This document shows positions 40,039 through 50,806 of a stretch of 64,000 nucleotides of DNA, piece by piece (within the stretch, counting starts at the first letter, position 1; the number at the start of each line of letters is the position of its first letter). Below the pieces are notes generated by a model. The model was not told the origin of the DNA, did not search any database, and was given only the letters and a program-made list of their open reading frames with translations. Both the position numbers and the translations under genes were made by a program. This stretch comes from an uncultured Verrucomicrobiae bacterium (GTDB lineage Bacteria; Verrucomicrobiota; Verrucomicrobiia; Palsa-1439), in NCBI GenBank assembly GCA_963812605.1, contig CAWEWF010000001.1:288001-352000 (forward strand), in the 5' to 3' direction.

Positions 40039-41724
40039 TGGACCGAAAAACAATGCTGGTGGTTCTCGGCTGCGTGATCGCCATGATCGCCTGGCAGGCG
40101 CTGATCACGAAGCTTTATCCGCCGAAGCCGAAAGCCATCAAAGTCACAAATGAGATTGTCACCAGTAATGCAGCGCCCGCGACGGCGACGGAAACTCCGG
40201 CGGAAAAACCGGTCGAAGCGGCAAAAGAAGACCGCCGCCGCGCCCGCAGAACCGCGTTCGCCCGAGCAGATCGTCGCGCTGACCAATGAATTCGTCCGCA
40301 TGGAATTCACCACGTGGGGTGGCGGCGTGAGTTCGGTCGAGTTGCTCAAGCACAAGGTCAACGGTTCCGGCAATGTGGTGCTCAACGGAACCAATTTTGT
40401 CCCGGCGCTGGCCTTGATGGGGATGGCGGACGCCGGCCCTGATTCGGCATTTACGATTGAGTCCTCCGCGCCGAACACCGTCGTGATGAAGCACCAAACG
40501 AGAACCGGTTTGGGGATCACCAAGACGTTCTGGCTTAATGATGGGTACTTGCTTGGGGGCATGATCGAATTCGCACGTGTCGCTCGGGCCGCCGACGTGT
40601 TGCCGGCCACGGCGGATTTGGCCATCGGCACGGCGGCACCGACAACAGTGAAGGAATTGCCCGCATACCTTACCGCGGGTTGGCTTCTCGGCGACAAGTA
40701 CCAGTACCACGACCTGAAGCAGATCGCTAAGAATGCCGAAAAGGGGATTGGCAGCGAGACGAACAGCGCGCGCTGGGGCGCGGTGAAGAACCAATTCTTC
40801 GCGATGATCCTGACGCCGGACACCAATGCCGTTGCGGTCGAATGCAAGCAGGTGGACCTCCCGCCGCCCGTCGATTGGAAGGCGAAGGACCCGCCGCATG
40901 GCGTATTCGCGGCGCTGACGATCGTGCCGACCACCGTCTCCACCAACGTGATGGAGCGCTACGAGTTCACGTGGTACGCCGGGCCGAAAGCGTATGAGCG
41001 GCTGGTGGCGCTCGGCAAGGGGCAGGAAGAAGTGATGCAGTTCGGGTTTTGGGGCGTGATCAGCGTGGTGCTCTTGAAGAGCATGAAGTTTTTCCACGGG
41101 CTGGTCCCGAGCTACGGCGTCGCGATCATCCTGGTCACCATCTGCATCAAGATTCTTTTCTGGCCGATCCAGGCGAAGAGCATCAAGTCGATGAAGGCCA
41201 TGCAGAAGTTCCAGCCATTGATCAACAAGCTCAAAGAGAAGTACAAGGACGACCCGCAGCGGCTGAACGCCGAGACGATGAAGCTCTACAAGGAGCACAA
41301 AATCAACCCGGTGTCCGGCTGCCTGCCGATGGTGGTGCAAATTCCGGTGCTGTTTGCGTTCTACCGCATGCTGGCCAGCGCCATCGAACTGCGCGGGCAA
41401 TCGTTTCTTTGGATCCACGATCTTTCCGCGCCAGACACCATTTTCCAGGTGCTGGGGATCCCGGTCAATCCGCTGCCGCTGGTGATGACGGGCCTGTCGG
41501 TCTGGCAGATGAAGATCACGCCGCAGAGCGGTGACCAGCAGCAACAGAAGATGATGATGTTCATGCCGTTGATGATGATGTTTATTTTTTACAAACTGGC
41601 CGCCGGCGTGGTGTTGTATTACACCGTGCAGCAGTTTCTCTCGATTGCGCAGCAATGGTGGAGCATGCGCAAGGCGGACAATGCGACCCCGGCGACGCCG
41701 TTGGCCGTTGGAAAAGCGAAATGA
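40035..41724 (+). CDS. yidC: Membrane protein insertase (frameshift ~40225)
   Basis: N-terminal [45 protein letters not shown]. Confidence 0.93.
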
Positions 41725-41764
41725 TTTTTGGTAAGGTAACGCACAACTCGACATCACGAGGCGT

Positions 41765-41792
41765 CGTAGCCCACCCCAGGTAGAGGGTGGGC
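41765..41792. repeat. GTAG-type REP-like hairpin
   Basis: GTA-GCCCACCC-CAGGTAGA-GGGTGGGC. Confidence 0.5.
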
Positions 41793-41822
41793 CGAACGCC
41801 CCAAAAACACAGGAGCCCAACC

Positions 41823-42335
41823 ATGGAAACGGAAGCCCCGATCACATCCACTCCCCCTGTTCCCTCCGGTCCGCCGCTTGATTCCCGCGAAGTTTTACAG
41901 AAAATGCTCGACGGCCTTGGCCTGCAGACCAAGGTCGAGGTTTTCACGATGGATGGTTCGACATTATTGCACATCGCCACCGCCGAACCCGGCCGCCTGA
42001 TCGGCAAACACGGCCAGACTCTCAGCCAGTTACAATTCCTGGTGAATCGCATCCTCCAGCGCGCCAGCGCCGAGGCCCCGCGCGTGACGGTCGATTGCGA
42101 GCGCTATCGCGAGCGCCAGCGCGACGACATTCTCAAGAAAGTCCTCGAGGCGGCCGACAATGTCCGCCGCTGGGGCGACGCCGTGAAGATCGGCCCGTTC
42201 AACGCCTTCGACCGCCGCGTCATTCACCTGCACATGGAGAAGGACCGGGAGTTGGAAGCCGTCAGCGAAGGCGAGGGGGACGAGGCCGGCATGAAGCGAA
42301 TGATTATCCGCGTCCGGGAAAAGCCGGCAGCGTGA
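41823..42335 (+). CDS. jag: Jag/KhpB-like KH + R3H RNA-binding protein (no Jag_N domain)
   Basis: LIGKHGQTLSQLQFL, VDCERYRER, FDRRVIH, SEGEG; follows yidC. Confidence 0.85.
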   Translation: METEAPITSTPPVPSGPPLDSREVLQKMLDGLGLQTKVEVFTMDGSTLLHIATAEPGRLIGKHGQTLSQLQFLVNRILQRASAEAPRVTVDCERYRERQRDDILKKVLEAADNVRRWGDAVKIGPFNAFDRRVIHLHMEKDRELEAVSEGEGDEAGMKRMIIRVREKPAA

Positions 42336-42356
42336 AATCGCCATCACTTGGCGTCC

Positions 42357-42874
42357 TCAGGTTATTCCTTGGGATCTCGCGGCTTCAACAATCGCCTTGG
42401 ATTCTGGGTAAGTGAGAAAAGTCCATACGCCGGCACCAAAGAATGCTGGAAAAGGCGCGACCCTTAGCAGAACAGCCATACCCGCAGCGATGAAGGGTCC
42501 GATGGCAAAAGGTAAAGCACATATCAGGCTCTCGCGGAAGTTGCGCCACCTTAGCCGTTGCCGCAGCGGCAAGAAAACAAATGCGGCAAAAAAGACAACA
42601 CGCGCTCGGAGCATTCGCTTCGTGACGAGGACGAACGGCAAACCTAGGAGTATGCCGATCGCAAGCGAAACCCAAGGCCAGTGAAACGGCCAAAACAATT
42701 CAATGTTTAGATCTGCCGTGCCCGCATTTCCGGAAGCGTCGTCGCGATGTCCTTAGACACCCACTGAATTGAGAACACCGAGAACAGCCCGGCAACAACG
42801 CTCAGGACAGATTCAAATACCAACAAATAAGGGTGAGCGTAGAAAGGAACTCTATTTGCTGGATGTGCCGTCAT
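42357..42874 (-). CDS. Hypothetical multi-pass membrane protein (probable frameshift ~42720)
   Basis: ORFs 42707..42922 and 42357..42698 join as MTAHPAN...ADLNIELFWPFHW; several hydrophobic segments. Confidence 0.45.
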
Positions 42875-42893
42875 TGACACTTGTTGTCTCCCT

Positions 42894-44983
42894 TTACCGG
42901 TACCGTAACAACCGCATCGCATTTAGAACCACGAGGACGCTGCTGAACTGGTGGGCGATGGCGCCGCCGATCATGTGGAGGTGGCCGCTGGCGGCGGTGG
43001 TGACCATCACGACGTTGTAAACGAGCGCGAAGACCAATCCCTGCTTGATGATCTGCAGGGTGTGGCGGCTCAGGCCGACGGCGAACGCGATCTTGGAGAG
43101 GTCATCGGCCATCAGGGCGATATCGGCGGCTTCGTGGGCCACGTCGGTGCCGCCCAGGCCCATGGCGATACCGACATCGGCCACGGCGAGCGCGGGCGCG
43201 TCGTTTACGCCGTCACCGACCATGGCGACGCCGCCAATCCGTCCCTTTTGCCGCAACGATTCGATGTGCGCGGCTTTTTGCTCGGGCAACACGTCGGCTT
43301 TCACCTCGTCGAGGCCCAGTTTGCCAGCGATCTGCATGGCGACCCGCCTGTTGTCACCGGTGAGCATGACGACTTTTTCGATACCCATCTCGCGCAAATC
43401 GCGGATCGCTTCATCCGCGCGAGCGCGCACGGTGTCGGCGACGCAAATCGTGCCGCAGACTTCGCCATCGTGGGCGACGACGATGGTTGTGTGGCCTTCG
43501 TCGTGATGTTCGTCCATGTGCGTGTGGAGCGCGTCGCTCATTGCGATAGATTGATCATCCATCAATCCGGTCTGGCCGACAACGAGCCTCTGGCCATTGC
43601 GCTCGGCGACCACGCCACGGCCATGATGGGCTTCGAAGGTCGCCGGGTCCTCGGTGACGAGACCCAAGGCGGAAGCTTTGCGCATGATGGCGCGGGCGAC
43701 GGGATGGGCGCTCATCTTCTCGGCGACGGCCGCCATCTGGACGAGTTCGGCTTCGCTATGGGCGTCAAATCGGCTGATGTGCGTGACTTCCGGCTCGCCG
43801 TGGGTAAGCGTGCCGGTCTTGTCGAACACGATGGTGTGCAGGCGCGCTGTGGCTTCGAGGTATTGTCCGCCCTTGATGAGCACGCCGGCACGGGCCGCGC
43901 GGGCAATCGCGGCCATCACAGCGGTCGGCGTGGCAAGAATCAGGGCGCACGGGCAGGCCACAATCAAGACGGTAATCGCCCGCGCAACGTCGTGGGAGAA
44001 AACATAAACGAGGGCCGACAGCGTCAGCATGACGGGCACGAGCCAGCCCGCAGCGCGGTCGAGGGTCCGTTGGATCGGCGCTTCACGTTGTTGCGCCGCC
44101 TCGACAAGCTGGGCGATGCGGGCCAACGTCGTGTCTTCGCCGACGCGTCGCGCCTCAATGATCAGCGCGCCGGTCTCCGCGAGCGTGCCGACGAACACTT
44201 CGTCGCCCTCGCTGCGGTCGACCGGGCATGCTTTCGCCGGTGACGGGCGCCTGGTTGACGCAGGCCATGCCGCTCTGCACGACGCCATCGACGGGGATGC
44301 GTTCGCCCGCGCGCACCACCACGATGTCGCCCACCTGCAATTCCGTGGCGGCGACTTCTTCTTCCTTTCCCGCCGCGTCTTACGCGCGCGGTCGGCGGCA
44401 CCAGCGAGAGCAGGCTACCGAGCGAACGGCGGGCGCGGCGAATGGTGTACTCTTCAAGTTGCGCGCCGAGCAGCATGATAAAGGCGACTTCGGCCGCCGC
44501 CACGAATTCGCCAACCGATGACGCAGCGATGACGGCGATGGCCACGAGCACATCCGCGTCGAGCCGTTTTCCGAGCAACGCCTTGATGGCGCGGAGGAAG
44601 ATCGGCCAGGCAGCAAAAACCAACGCGACGATGACCAACCCGGTGGCGACGGTCGAAGGCACGAGTTTTGCCGCACCCAACGCCCAGCCAACAATTAGCA
44701 GGGCGCCGATACCAAAGACTTTGATGAGTTGGCGGCGCGCTGCGCGGTTCTCTTCGGTTTCGCGATCGCGAACAGGAAGGTGGGCGCTATATCCGGCGCG
44801 CTTGACGGCATCGATCAGGGACTGCTCGTTGGTCGCCGCGTCTTGCACGTCGACGGAAGCAGTCTTGGAGACGAAATTAACGGACGCCTTGTCCACGCCG
44901 GTCACGGCGCACAGCGCCTTCTCCACCGCCTTCGCGCAACTTGCGCAGGACATGCCGTCCACTTGTAGTTTCACCGTTTTCAT
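42894..44983 (-). CDS. P1B-type heavy-metal ATPase with N-terminal HMA domain (frameshifts ~44230 and ~44360)
   Basis: GMSCASC, TGES, ACPCAL, DKTGT, GDGVNDAP. Confidence 0.92.
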
Positions 44984-45080
44984 CGCGTTCCAGCATCGTA
45001 AGGATAGTCCGCCTCGCGGGAAATGTCGAGGGGGCGCCGGTAGTGTCTTAATTTGCCGCATCGCTCATCGTTCGTGTTTT

Positions 45081-45186
45081 GTAGCCGAAGCTTACGCTTC
45101 GGCTACGAGTTGGCGGATGCAAATTAAGACATCACTCCGGTACAGCATGAATGCGAGCCAGATGCTTCGCTGCGCTCAACATGACA
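45081..45186. repeat. REP-like palindromes
   Basis: Perfect hairpin GTAGCCGAAGC-TTAC-GCTTCGGCTAC (45081-45106); AGATGCTTCGCTGCGCTCAACATGACA (45160) resembles 10078-10104. Confidence 0.6.
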
Positions 45187-45209
45187 GATTGCGGAGAGTT
45201 ATTTTGGGT

Positions 45210-46004
45210 TTACCCGCGAGTGCGGGCGATGTGGGCCAGCGTTGTGTGTGGCGTTTCGGCAGGGACCTGGTCGGCGGCGTCACGGGCGAAGGGAGTGCCG
45301 TCGAAAATGGCCTGGCGGGCGGCGAAAAAGTTCCGCCACGAATCCTGGAGGAATTCACTCGCGGAACTTCCCAGCGCCGCGAAGGCCTGGCGATGGTCCC
45401 AGGCCACGATGGTGCTGGCCGTCGCAAACATTGTGGAGAGCACAACCCAGCCGCCGGCTCGGATCGGCCAGCATCGCGGCGCGATCACCTGGTGCAGGCG
45501 TTCGCAGTGAAACCGCACGTGGAATTTTTCGTCGGCGAGGATCTGTTCGCAGACGATTTCCAGCACGGGCGCGCCGCACCGCTGGCGAATGACGCCGTAA
45601 TATTTCAGCGCGATGATTTCCGCCATCAACAGGACCGCGATCTCCTCGTAAAACCCCAGCAGATGACGGCACCGCCGAAAGAGCGAATCCGTCCAATGGC
45701 GGGGCAGGAGCGGGGCCTGCATTTGCTGGAGGACGCGGGCGAGGAGGCGGGAATGTTCCTGCTCCTCGGCGATGAACAGGGCGATGGTGCGGGGATAAAA
45801 CGGATCGCCGGTTCTTTCGGAAAGCTGTCGCGCCGCGGCCAGCAGGCGCGTGCCATTCGAGCTTTCGCCCAATTGGAATCGGGCGAGCGAGCGCGCCAGC
45901 GGCCCGCGCAGGTGCGAGTCAAGCGAGATGCCTTCGTGCCAGGCGATGCCGCGGCGGTCGAGTTGGTTTTGGCGGAAGTAAGCGAGCCAGTCGGCGGTAT
46001 TCAT
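45210..46004 (-). CDS. Ferritin-like domain protein
   Basis: FQLGESS, FIAEEQEH, AEIIALKYY, ILADEKFH (paired ExxH di-iron motifs). Confidence 0.82.
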   Translation of the reverse strand: MNTADWLAYFRQNQLDRRGIAWHEGISLDSHLRGPLARSLARFQLGESSNGTRLLAAARQLSERTGDPFYPRTIALFIAEEQEHSRLLARVLQQMQAPLLPRHWTDSLFRRCRHLLGFYEEIAVLLMAEIIALKYYGVIRQRCGAPVLEIVCEQILADEKFHVRFHCERLHQVIAPRCWPIRAGGWVVLSTMFATASTIVAWDHRQAFAALGSSASEFLQDSWRNFFAARQAIFDGTPFARDAADQVPAETPHTTLAHIARTRG

Positions 46005-46018
46005 CGTAATCCTTTTTG

Positions 46019-46033
46019 CTTTGCGTTGCAAAG
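46019..46033. promoter_or_regulatory. Putative wHTH operator 1
   Basis: Palindrome CTTTGC-GTT-GCAAAG just upstream of the ferritin-like ATG. Confidence 0.65.
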
Positions 46034-46065
46034 TATGCAGACATAAAAAAACAAGGCCGCCGCCA

Positions 46066-46410
46066 TCAGCGATGGCGCTTCACGATGTGTTCCAAGCCTT
46101 CCAGATAACGCGCGAATGCCTGTCGACCGGCGGCGGAAAGCGATATCGCGGTGGTCGGCTTGTTCGGGTTGCCGATTTTGCGCAAGCGGACCAGGCCCGC
46201 CTGTTCGAGCGCGCGCAGGTGCGCGGCGAGATTGCCGTCGGTGAGCCGCAGCCCGTCGCGCAATTCCGTGAAGGAAAGCGATTCGTTGGCGGCGAGGACG
46301 GACATGATGGCGAGGCGCGCTTTGGTGTGGATGGCCGGTTCCAGTTTGTCGAAAGCGGCGCGATCGACCGCCAGTTTTGTTGGATTCAATTTGCCGGGTT
46401 TGTCCGCCAT
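46066..46410 (-). CDS. Winged-HTH transcriptional regulator (HTH_34-like)
   Basis: LEPAIHTKARLAIMSVL, LSFTELR, TDGNLAAHLRALE, GRQAFARYL. Confidence 0.87.
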   Translation of the reverse strand: MADKPGKLNPTKLAVDRAAFDKLEPAIHTKARLAIMSVLAANESLSFTELRDGLRLTDGNLAAHLRALEQAGLVRLRKIGNPNKPTTAISLSAAGRQAFARYLEGLEHIVKRHR

Positions 46411-46421
46411 GGTGATTGCTC

Positions 46422-47066
46422 CTAATCCGTCGCACTCGCGACTGCAAGGCGTTCTATTTGCCTCCAAAACGCACGGGTCCGCGCTTCGCGTCCCTCGGCG
46501 ACCAGGACGGCAACGCCAAAGCCGACGTGGGTGGCGCCAAAGCCAATCGCCATCGTCAATACCGGGTGACCGGGAAGCGCCATCAGGCTAACGGTGCCAA
46601 TCGCCAGGCAGGTTGCGCCCAACCAGGCGATGGAACGCGGCGCAAAGAAGCTGGTCGCAAGCGCGCCGCAACCGTAGAGCAGCAACCAGAGTCCCGGCAG
46701 TAGATCGAGTCGATCCAGACGCCACATTAAAACGGTGATCGCCAGGCTGACGCCAAAACTCGGGAGCACAGCCAGCAGAACGGTGCGCGCCTGGCGCGAC
46801 CAGACGGGCTCACCGCGTTGCCGGGCGCGCCCAAACGTGACCAGCAAATGACCGGCGAACGCAACGGCAAAAACCGCGCTCCAAACCACCGCGAAATCGA
46901 GGCGCGGGCCAAAAGGCAGGAGCTTCAAGCCGAGTGTCGCGCAGCCAACAAGGGCTGCGCCGCCCGCCAGCAAGCCCGAATATCCCGAGAGGTGTTCGTA
47001 CCGTTGGCTGCGGTCCATCAGAGTGCGAATGGTTTCGAGCGTATGTTCGGCGTGTTCCAGTTGCAT
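46422..47066 (-). CDS. Multi-pass membrane protein co-transcribed with the wHTH regulator
   Basis: LETIRTLMDRS..LSGYSG, PGLWLLLYGC, GFGATHVGFG; about six TM segments. Confidence 0.75.
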   Translation of the reverse strand: MQLEHAEHTLETIRTLMDRSQRYEHLSGYSGLLAGGAALVGCATLGLKLLPFGPRLDFAVVWSAVFAVAFAGHLLVTFGRARQRGEPVWSRQARTVLLAVLPSFGVSLAITVLMWRLDRLDLLPGLWLLLYGCGALATSFFAPRSIAWLGATCLAIGTVSLMALPGHPVLTMAIGFGATHVGFGVAVLVAEGREARTRAFWRQIERLAVASATD

Positions 47067-47087
47067 GACGGCACAATATCCTTTCTG

Positions 47088-47102
47088 CTTTGTGACACAA
47101 AG
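47088..47102. promoter_or_regulatory. Putative wHTH operator 2
   Basis: Palindrome CTTTGT-GAC-ACAAAG just upstream of the membrane-protein ATG; same CTTTG-N5-CAAAG consensus as 46019. Confidence 0.65.
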
Positions 47103-47407
47103 AACAATCCGGCGTTCAAATTCTTCGCTCTTCCTTGCAGGATGAGCAACGGTGTAACGGTGGAGATGGTTATGCAAGACATTGGCCGGCAACAACAACG
47201 GTTGGCTTGACGTTTGTTGGGCCGGGGATGACAATATCATGCAGCGCGCTACGAGGTGCGGATGGTTTCGAAGTACAACGTCACAGTCCAATACAACACC
47301 TATCTTACCAAACCCGTGCAGTTTGACGACTGCCTGAAGTTGGTTGAGGAAATCCAGCAATACTGGCCGCACATCTCGAAGCTGCCCCCGAAAAACAAGA
47401 CGGTCCC

Positions 47408-48645
47408 ATGAACGCCGCGCCCATACCCCTGCTGGTTGTCGAGGACAGTCCGATGTATGCGGAGGTCCTGCAGCGGCTGCTCCCCACGCTGGGCGATGAT
47501 TTGCAATTCGCGCCCAAATGGGTGGAGACCGCTGAGAAGGCCATTGAGGAGATTTCCCGGGGGAACTACACCCTCGTGCTTCTCGATTACAAACTGCCCG
47601 GCGCCGATGGCTTGAGCGTGCTGACCCACATCCGCAGCCTGCCGACGCCGCGCCAGCCTGCGGTGATCGTGCTGACCGGGATGGGCAACGAAGCGATCGC
47701 CGTCGAGGCCATGAAGTGCGGGGCGAAAGATTACCTGCCGAAGGACAATCTGGACGCGCCCTCGCTGTTGCGCGCGATCACCAGCGCGCTCGAACGCAAG
47801 CGGCTCGAGGAACAGGTCGCCCGTTACATGGGCGAGTTGTGCGAGAAGAACACGCAAATGGAAACCGACCTGAACCTGGCGCGCGAAATCCAGCAGGCCT
47901 TCCTTCCCCATCGTTACCCGACGTTTCCGCGGGACGCCATTGCGCCGGAGAGCGCGTTGCATTTCCGTCACCGCTATCACCCGACGGGCGCGGTGGGTGG
48001 AGATTTTTTCGATGTACTCCCGATTTCCGACACGGAAGCCGGGGTGTTGATTTGCAACGTCATGGGCCACGGCGTCCGCGCCGCGCTGGTGACCGCGATG
48101 CTGCGCGCACTGGCAGAAGAATTGATGCCCGTAGCGGCGGAACCGGTCAGCTTCCTGACAGAGATCAACCATCGCCTGCTCGCGATCCTGGCGCAGACTC
48201 GCAGCCCGATGTTTGCGTCGGCGTTCTACGTGGTGATCGACCTCGCACGCGGTGAATTGCGCTACTCCAATGCAGGCCATCCGAATCCGCTGTTGGTGCG
48301 ACGCAGCGCGGGCGTGGTCGAGTCCCTGGATTGCCCGGGCAGCCGGCGGGGCCGGCGCTGGGTGTGTTCGAAGAATCGGTGTATCCCCTTTGCCGGAAAA
48401 CACTCGCGCGGCATGACCTGATCGTGCTTTTCACGGATGGCTTATACGAGGTGGAAGACCCTGATGGCCAAGAATACGGCCAGGATCGATTATTGGCAGC
48501 GATTCGGCAACGAATCGATTTGCCGGTTGACCAGCTCTTCGACGAGTTGTTGGCGGGTATCCAACTGTATGCCGGCAAGCAGGATTTTGTGGACGATGTC
48601 TGCATCGTCGGCGCGGAGGCCGTTCGCGTGGGCTCGCCCGAATGA
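47408..48645 (+). CDS. Receiver domain + SpoIIE/PP2C phosphatase (RsbU-like; frameshift ~48340)
   Basis: VVEDS, LLDYKLP, KDYLPK; AREIQ, VGGDFFD, MGHG, NAGHP, FTDGL, DDVC. Confidence 0.88.
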
Positions 48646-49376
48646 GGTCTTGTCCACGCATGGGCCGTTTTCGTGTTGCAGTGCAACGATTGGTATTCGC
48701 CGCGTTGATCGGATTCGCCGCTCACCGGGCGGTCGCGGCGGAGTCGAATGTGGTTTCCCTGTCCCAGACCAGCGAACTGGCGCGCGCAGGTTCGGTCATC
48801 AACCTGCCCGGGCTGACCATTCACGGCGGTGATCATCGATTTATCGAAGCCCGGGGACGGTTCGCGCTTACCGACGGCATTTTGGAATTCATCGCCGTGG
48901 AACCACATGGACGCGATTACGAGAGCCTGCTGACGCTCGACTGCAAACCGTCGGAACTGCAATTCGCCCTGATCCTCATCGGGTGCGAGTCGGGCGCGGT
49001 CCCGCAACAAGCCAAAGCCGGCCAAAAAATCGGTGATCGTCTGCAACTGGAGGTCGAATGGGAGGTCGGTGGCAAGACGACGCGGGTTGCCGTGGATAAA
49101 CTGCTCCTCGATCGGCGCACAAAAAAAATGCCGGCGAGCGTGCCCTGGATTTTTAGCGGTTCGTATTTTGTGAAGGACTTCGACGGCCGCGAGGTTTTCA
49201 TGGCGGATGCCGAGCAGGCGTTTGTCGCTTTGTGGTGGAGTTCTTCCGTGCTCATCAACGTTGGCGGCGAGTACGGCAACCCCTACCGGGGGGAGAACCA
49301 GGGTTTCGAGGTGAACAAAGCCGCTGTCCCGCCCACCGGCACGCTGGTAAGGTTGATCCTGCGCCGGGCGATGTGA
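48642..49376 (+). CDS. YdjY-like exported protein (start uncertain)
   Basis: LEFIAV..RDYESLL..CKPSELQFALILIG, WIFSGS, VPPTGTLVRLIL. Confidence 0.6.
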   Translation: MRSCPRMGRFRVAVQRLVFAALIGFAAHRAVAAESNVVSLSQTSELARAGSVINLPGLTIHGGDHRFIEARGRFALTDGILEFIAVEPHGRDYESLLTLDCKPSELQFALILIGCESGAVPQQAKAGQKIGDRLQLEVEWEVGGKTTRVAVDKLLLDRRTKKMPASVPWIFSGSYFVKDFDGREVFMADAEQAFVALWWSSSVLINVGGEYGNPYRGENQGFEVNKAAVPPTGTLVRLILRRAM

Positions 49377-49387
49377 GGCTTTTTCGT

Positions 49388-50806
49388 TCAGTTTGGTTCG
49401 CTGACCCGAATGAAAACCGGCCCGGTCACGGTGATGGCGACCGTGGAGGAATCGACAAGCCTGGTCTCGAGCAGGAAGCCCAAACGCTCGCTGAACGCTT
49501 TTACCAGCGACAGTCCCAACCCGCTATGCTCCGGATCGGAACGCGCGCCATCCCTGCGCCAGAATCGCTCCGCGAAGTGTGACACATCCTCCGGGGTGAG
49601 ATCGCTGCAAGTATTGGTCACCTGCAAGATGAATTGGGTTTTTCCCACTTGAGTCTTGATACGCACGGTCCCGCCGCAGGGCGTGTATTCCACCGCGTTG
49701 TCCACGAGATTGGTGAAGATGGAGCGAAATAATACCGGGTCGGTTTCGATTTCGGCCTGGTCCGTCACGGTTCGGGTGACTTTCAATTGTTTGCCAGCCG
49801 CGCGCTCGCCGAAAGGTCGCCAGACGCTCTCAATCAAAGGCGCGAGACGCACCGGTTCGGTCACGATCGGCAACTTTTCGCGCTCGCTTCGCAGCAGAGC
49901 CAGAAGGCGGGTGACGACGCCCTGCATCTGCACGGCGATCGCCAGGGTTTCGCGGTCGGTGGTCGCGTCGCGGGTTTCGGGCCATTTCAGCGCAATTTCC
50001 GCCAGAGCGCGCAACTCGGCGATGGGTGTGCGGATTTCATGGGCCAGATCCGCGCTGAAGCGACGCTCCCGTTCGAAGGATTGTTCCAGACGGGCGAGCA
50101 GGCCGTTCAACCGCCGGCTGATGGGCATTAGTTCGCCCGGCAGTGAAGCGATGGGAAAGCGGACGGCGAGCGAGTCAGCGTTGATACGGCTGGCCTGCTC
50201 GGCGAGCGCGTCCAAAGGGGCCAACTCGCGGCGCAACAGCCGCGGCACCGCCACGACGGTAACGACCAACAACCCCGCGCCGCAGCCGAGCAGGGCAAAC
50301 GCGAGTGCGGTGAGGGTTTCATCCAACTCGTGACGATCGGCGGCCACGACGAGAACGATTTCATCTGGCGCGGACGAAAGGTGTTCCTCCCGCCCGATCC
50401 GCGGCGCGAACTTGAATCCGATGGCACGACCGGGGGAACCGGAGGGCAACGTCACGTTCCAGAACTTCGGCTTGTTGAACGTGCCGAAGAGGGGCGGCAG
50501 GCCGGAGGCCGGGACCGACGCCGAGCGTTTTAGTATTGTGCCATCCGTGCGCCATATCTGGAAAAAACCCGGGGCATCATCCTCGTCGGATTCACGCATG
50601 AACGAATCGGTGGCCTCCACTTCAACTTGTCCGCCTTTCCACCGGGTGACCGTCGTGATGGCCAACGCCCGGGTATGGAGCGTCGCGTCGAATTCCTCGA
50701 GTAATGCGGCGCGGGTGGAAAGAAAGACGGCAATTCCCCCAACGACGAGCGGCAGGACAAAGGCGAGCAAGAGCTTCCAGGTGAGCTGCCGGCGGATGGT
50801 CCTCAT
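49388..50806 (-). CDS. Sensor histidine kinase (CusS/QseC-like)
   Basis: Two TM, HAMP, FSADLAHEIRTP, NLVDNAVEY, SGLGLS. Confidence 0.92.
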   Translation of the reverse strand: MRTIRRQLTWKLLLAFVLPLVVGGIAVFLSTRAALLEEFDATLHTRALAITTVTRWKGGQVEVEATDSFMRESDEDDAPGFFQIWRTDGTILKRSASVPASGLPPLFGTFNKPKFWNVTLPSGSPGRAIGFKFAPRIGREEHLSSAPDEIVLVVAADRHELDETLTALAFALLGCGAGLLVVTVVAVPRLLRRELAPLDALAEQASRINADSLAVRFPIASLPGELMPISRRLNGLLARLEQSFERERRFSADLAHEIRTPIAELRALAEIALKWPETRDATTDRETLAIAVQMQGVVTRLLALLRSEREKLPIVTEPVRLAPLIESVWRPFGERAAGKQLKVTRTVTDQAEIETDPVLFRSIFTNLVDNAVEYTPCGGTVRIKTQVGKTQFILQVTNTCSDLTPEDVSHFAERFWRRDGARSDPEHSGLGLSLVKAFSERLGFLLETRLVDSSTVAITVTGPVFIRVSEPN

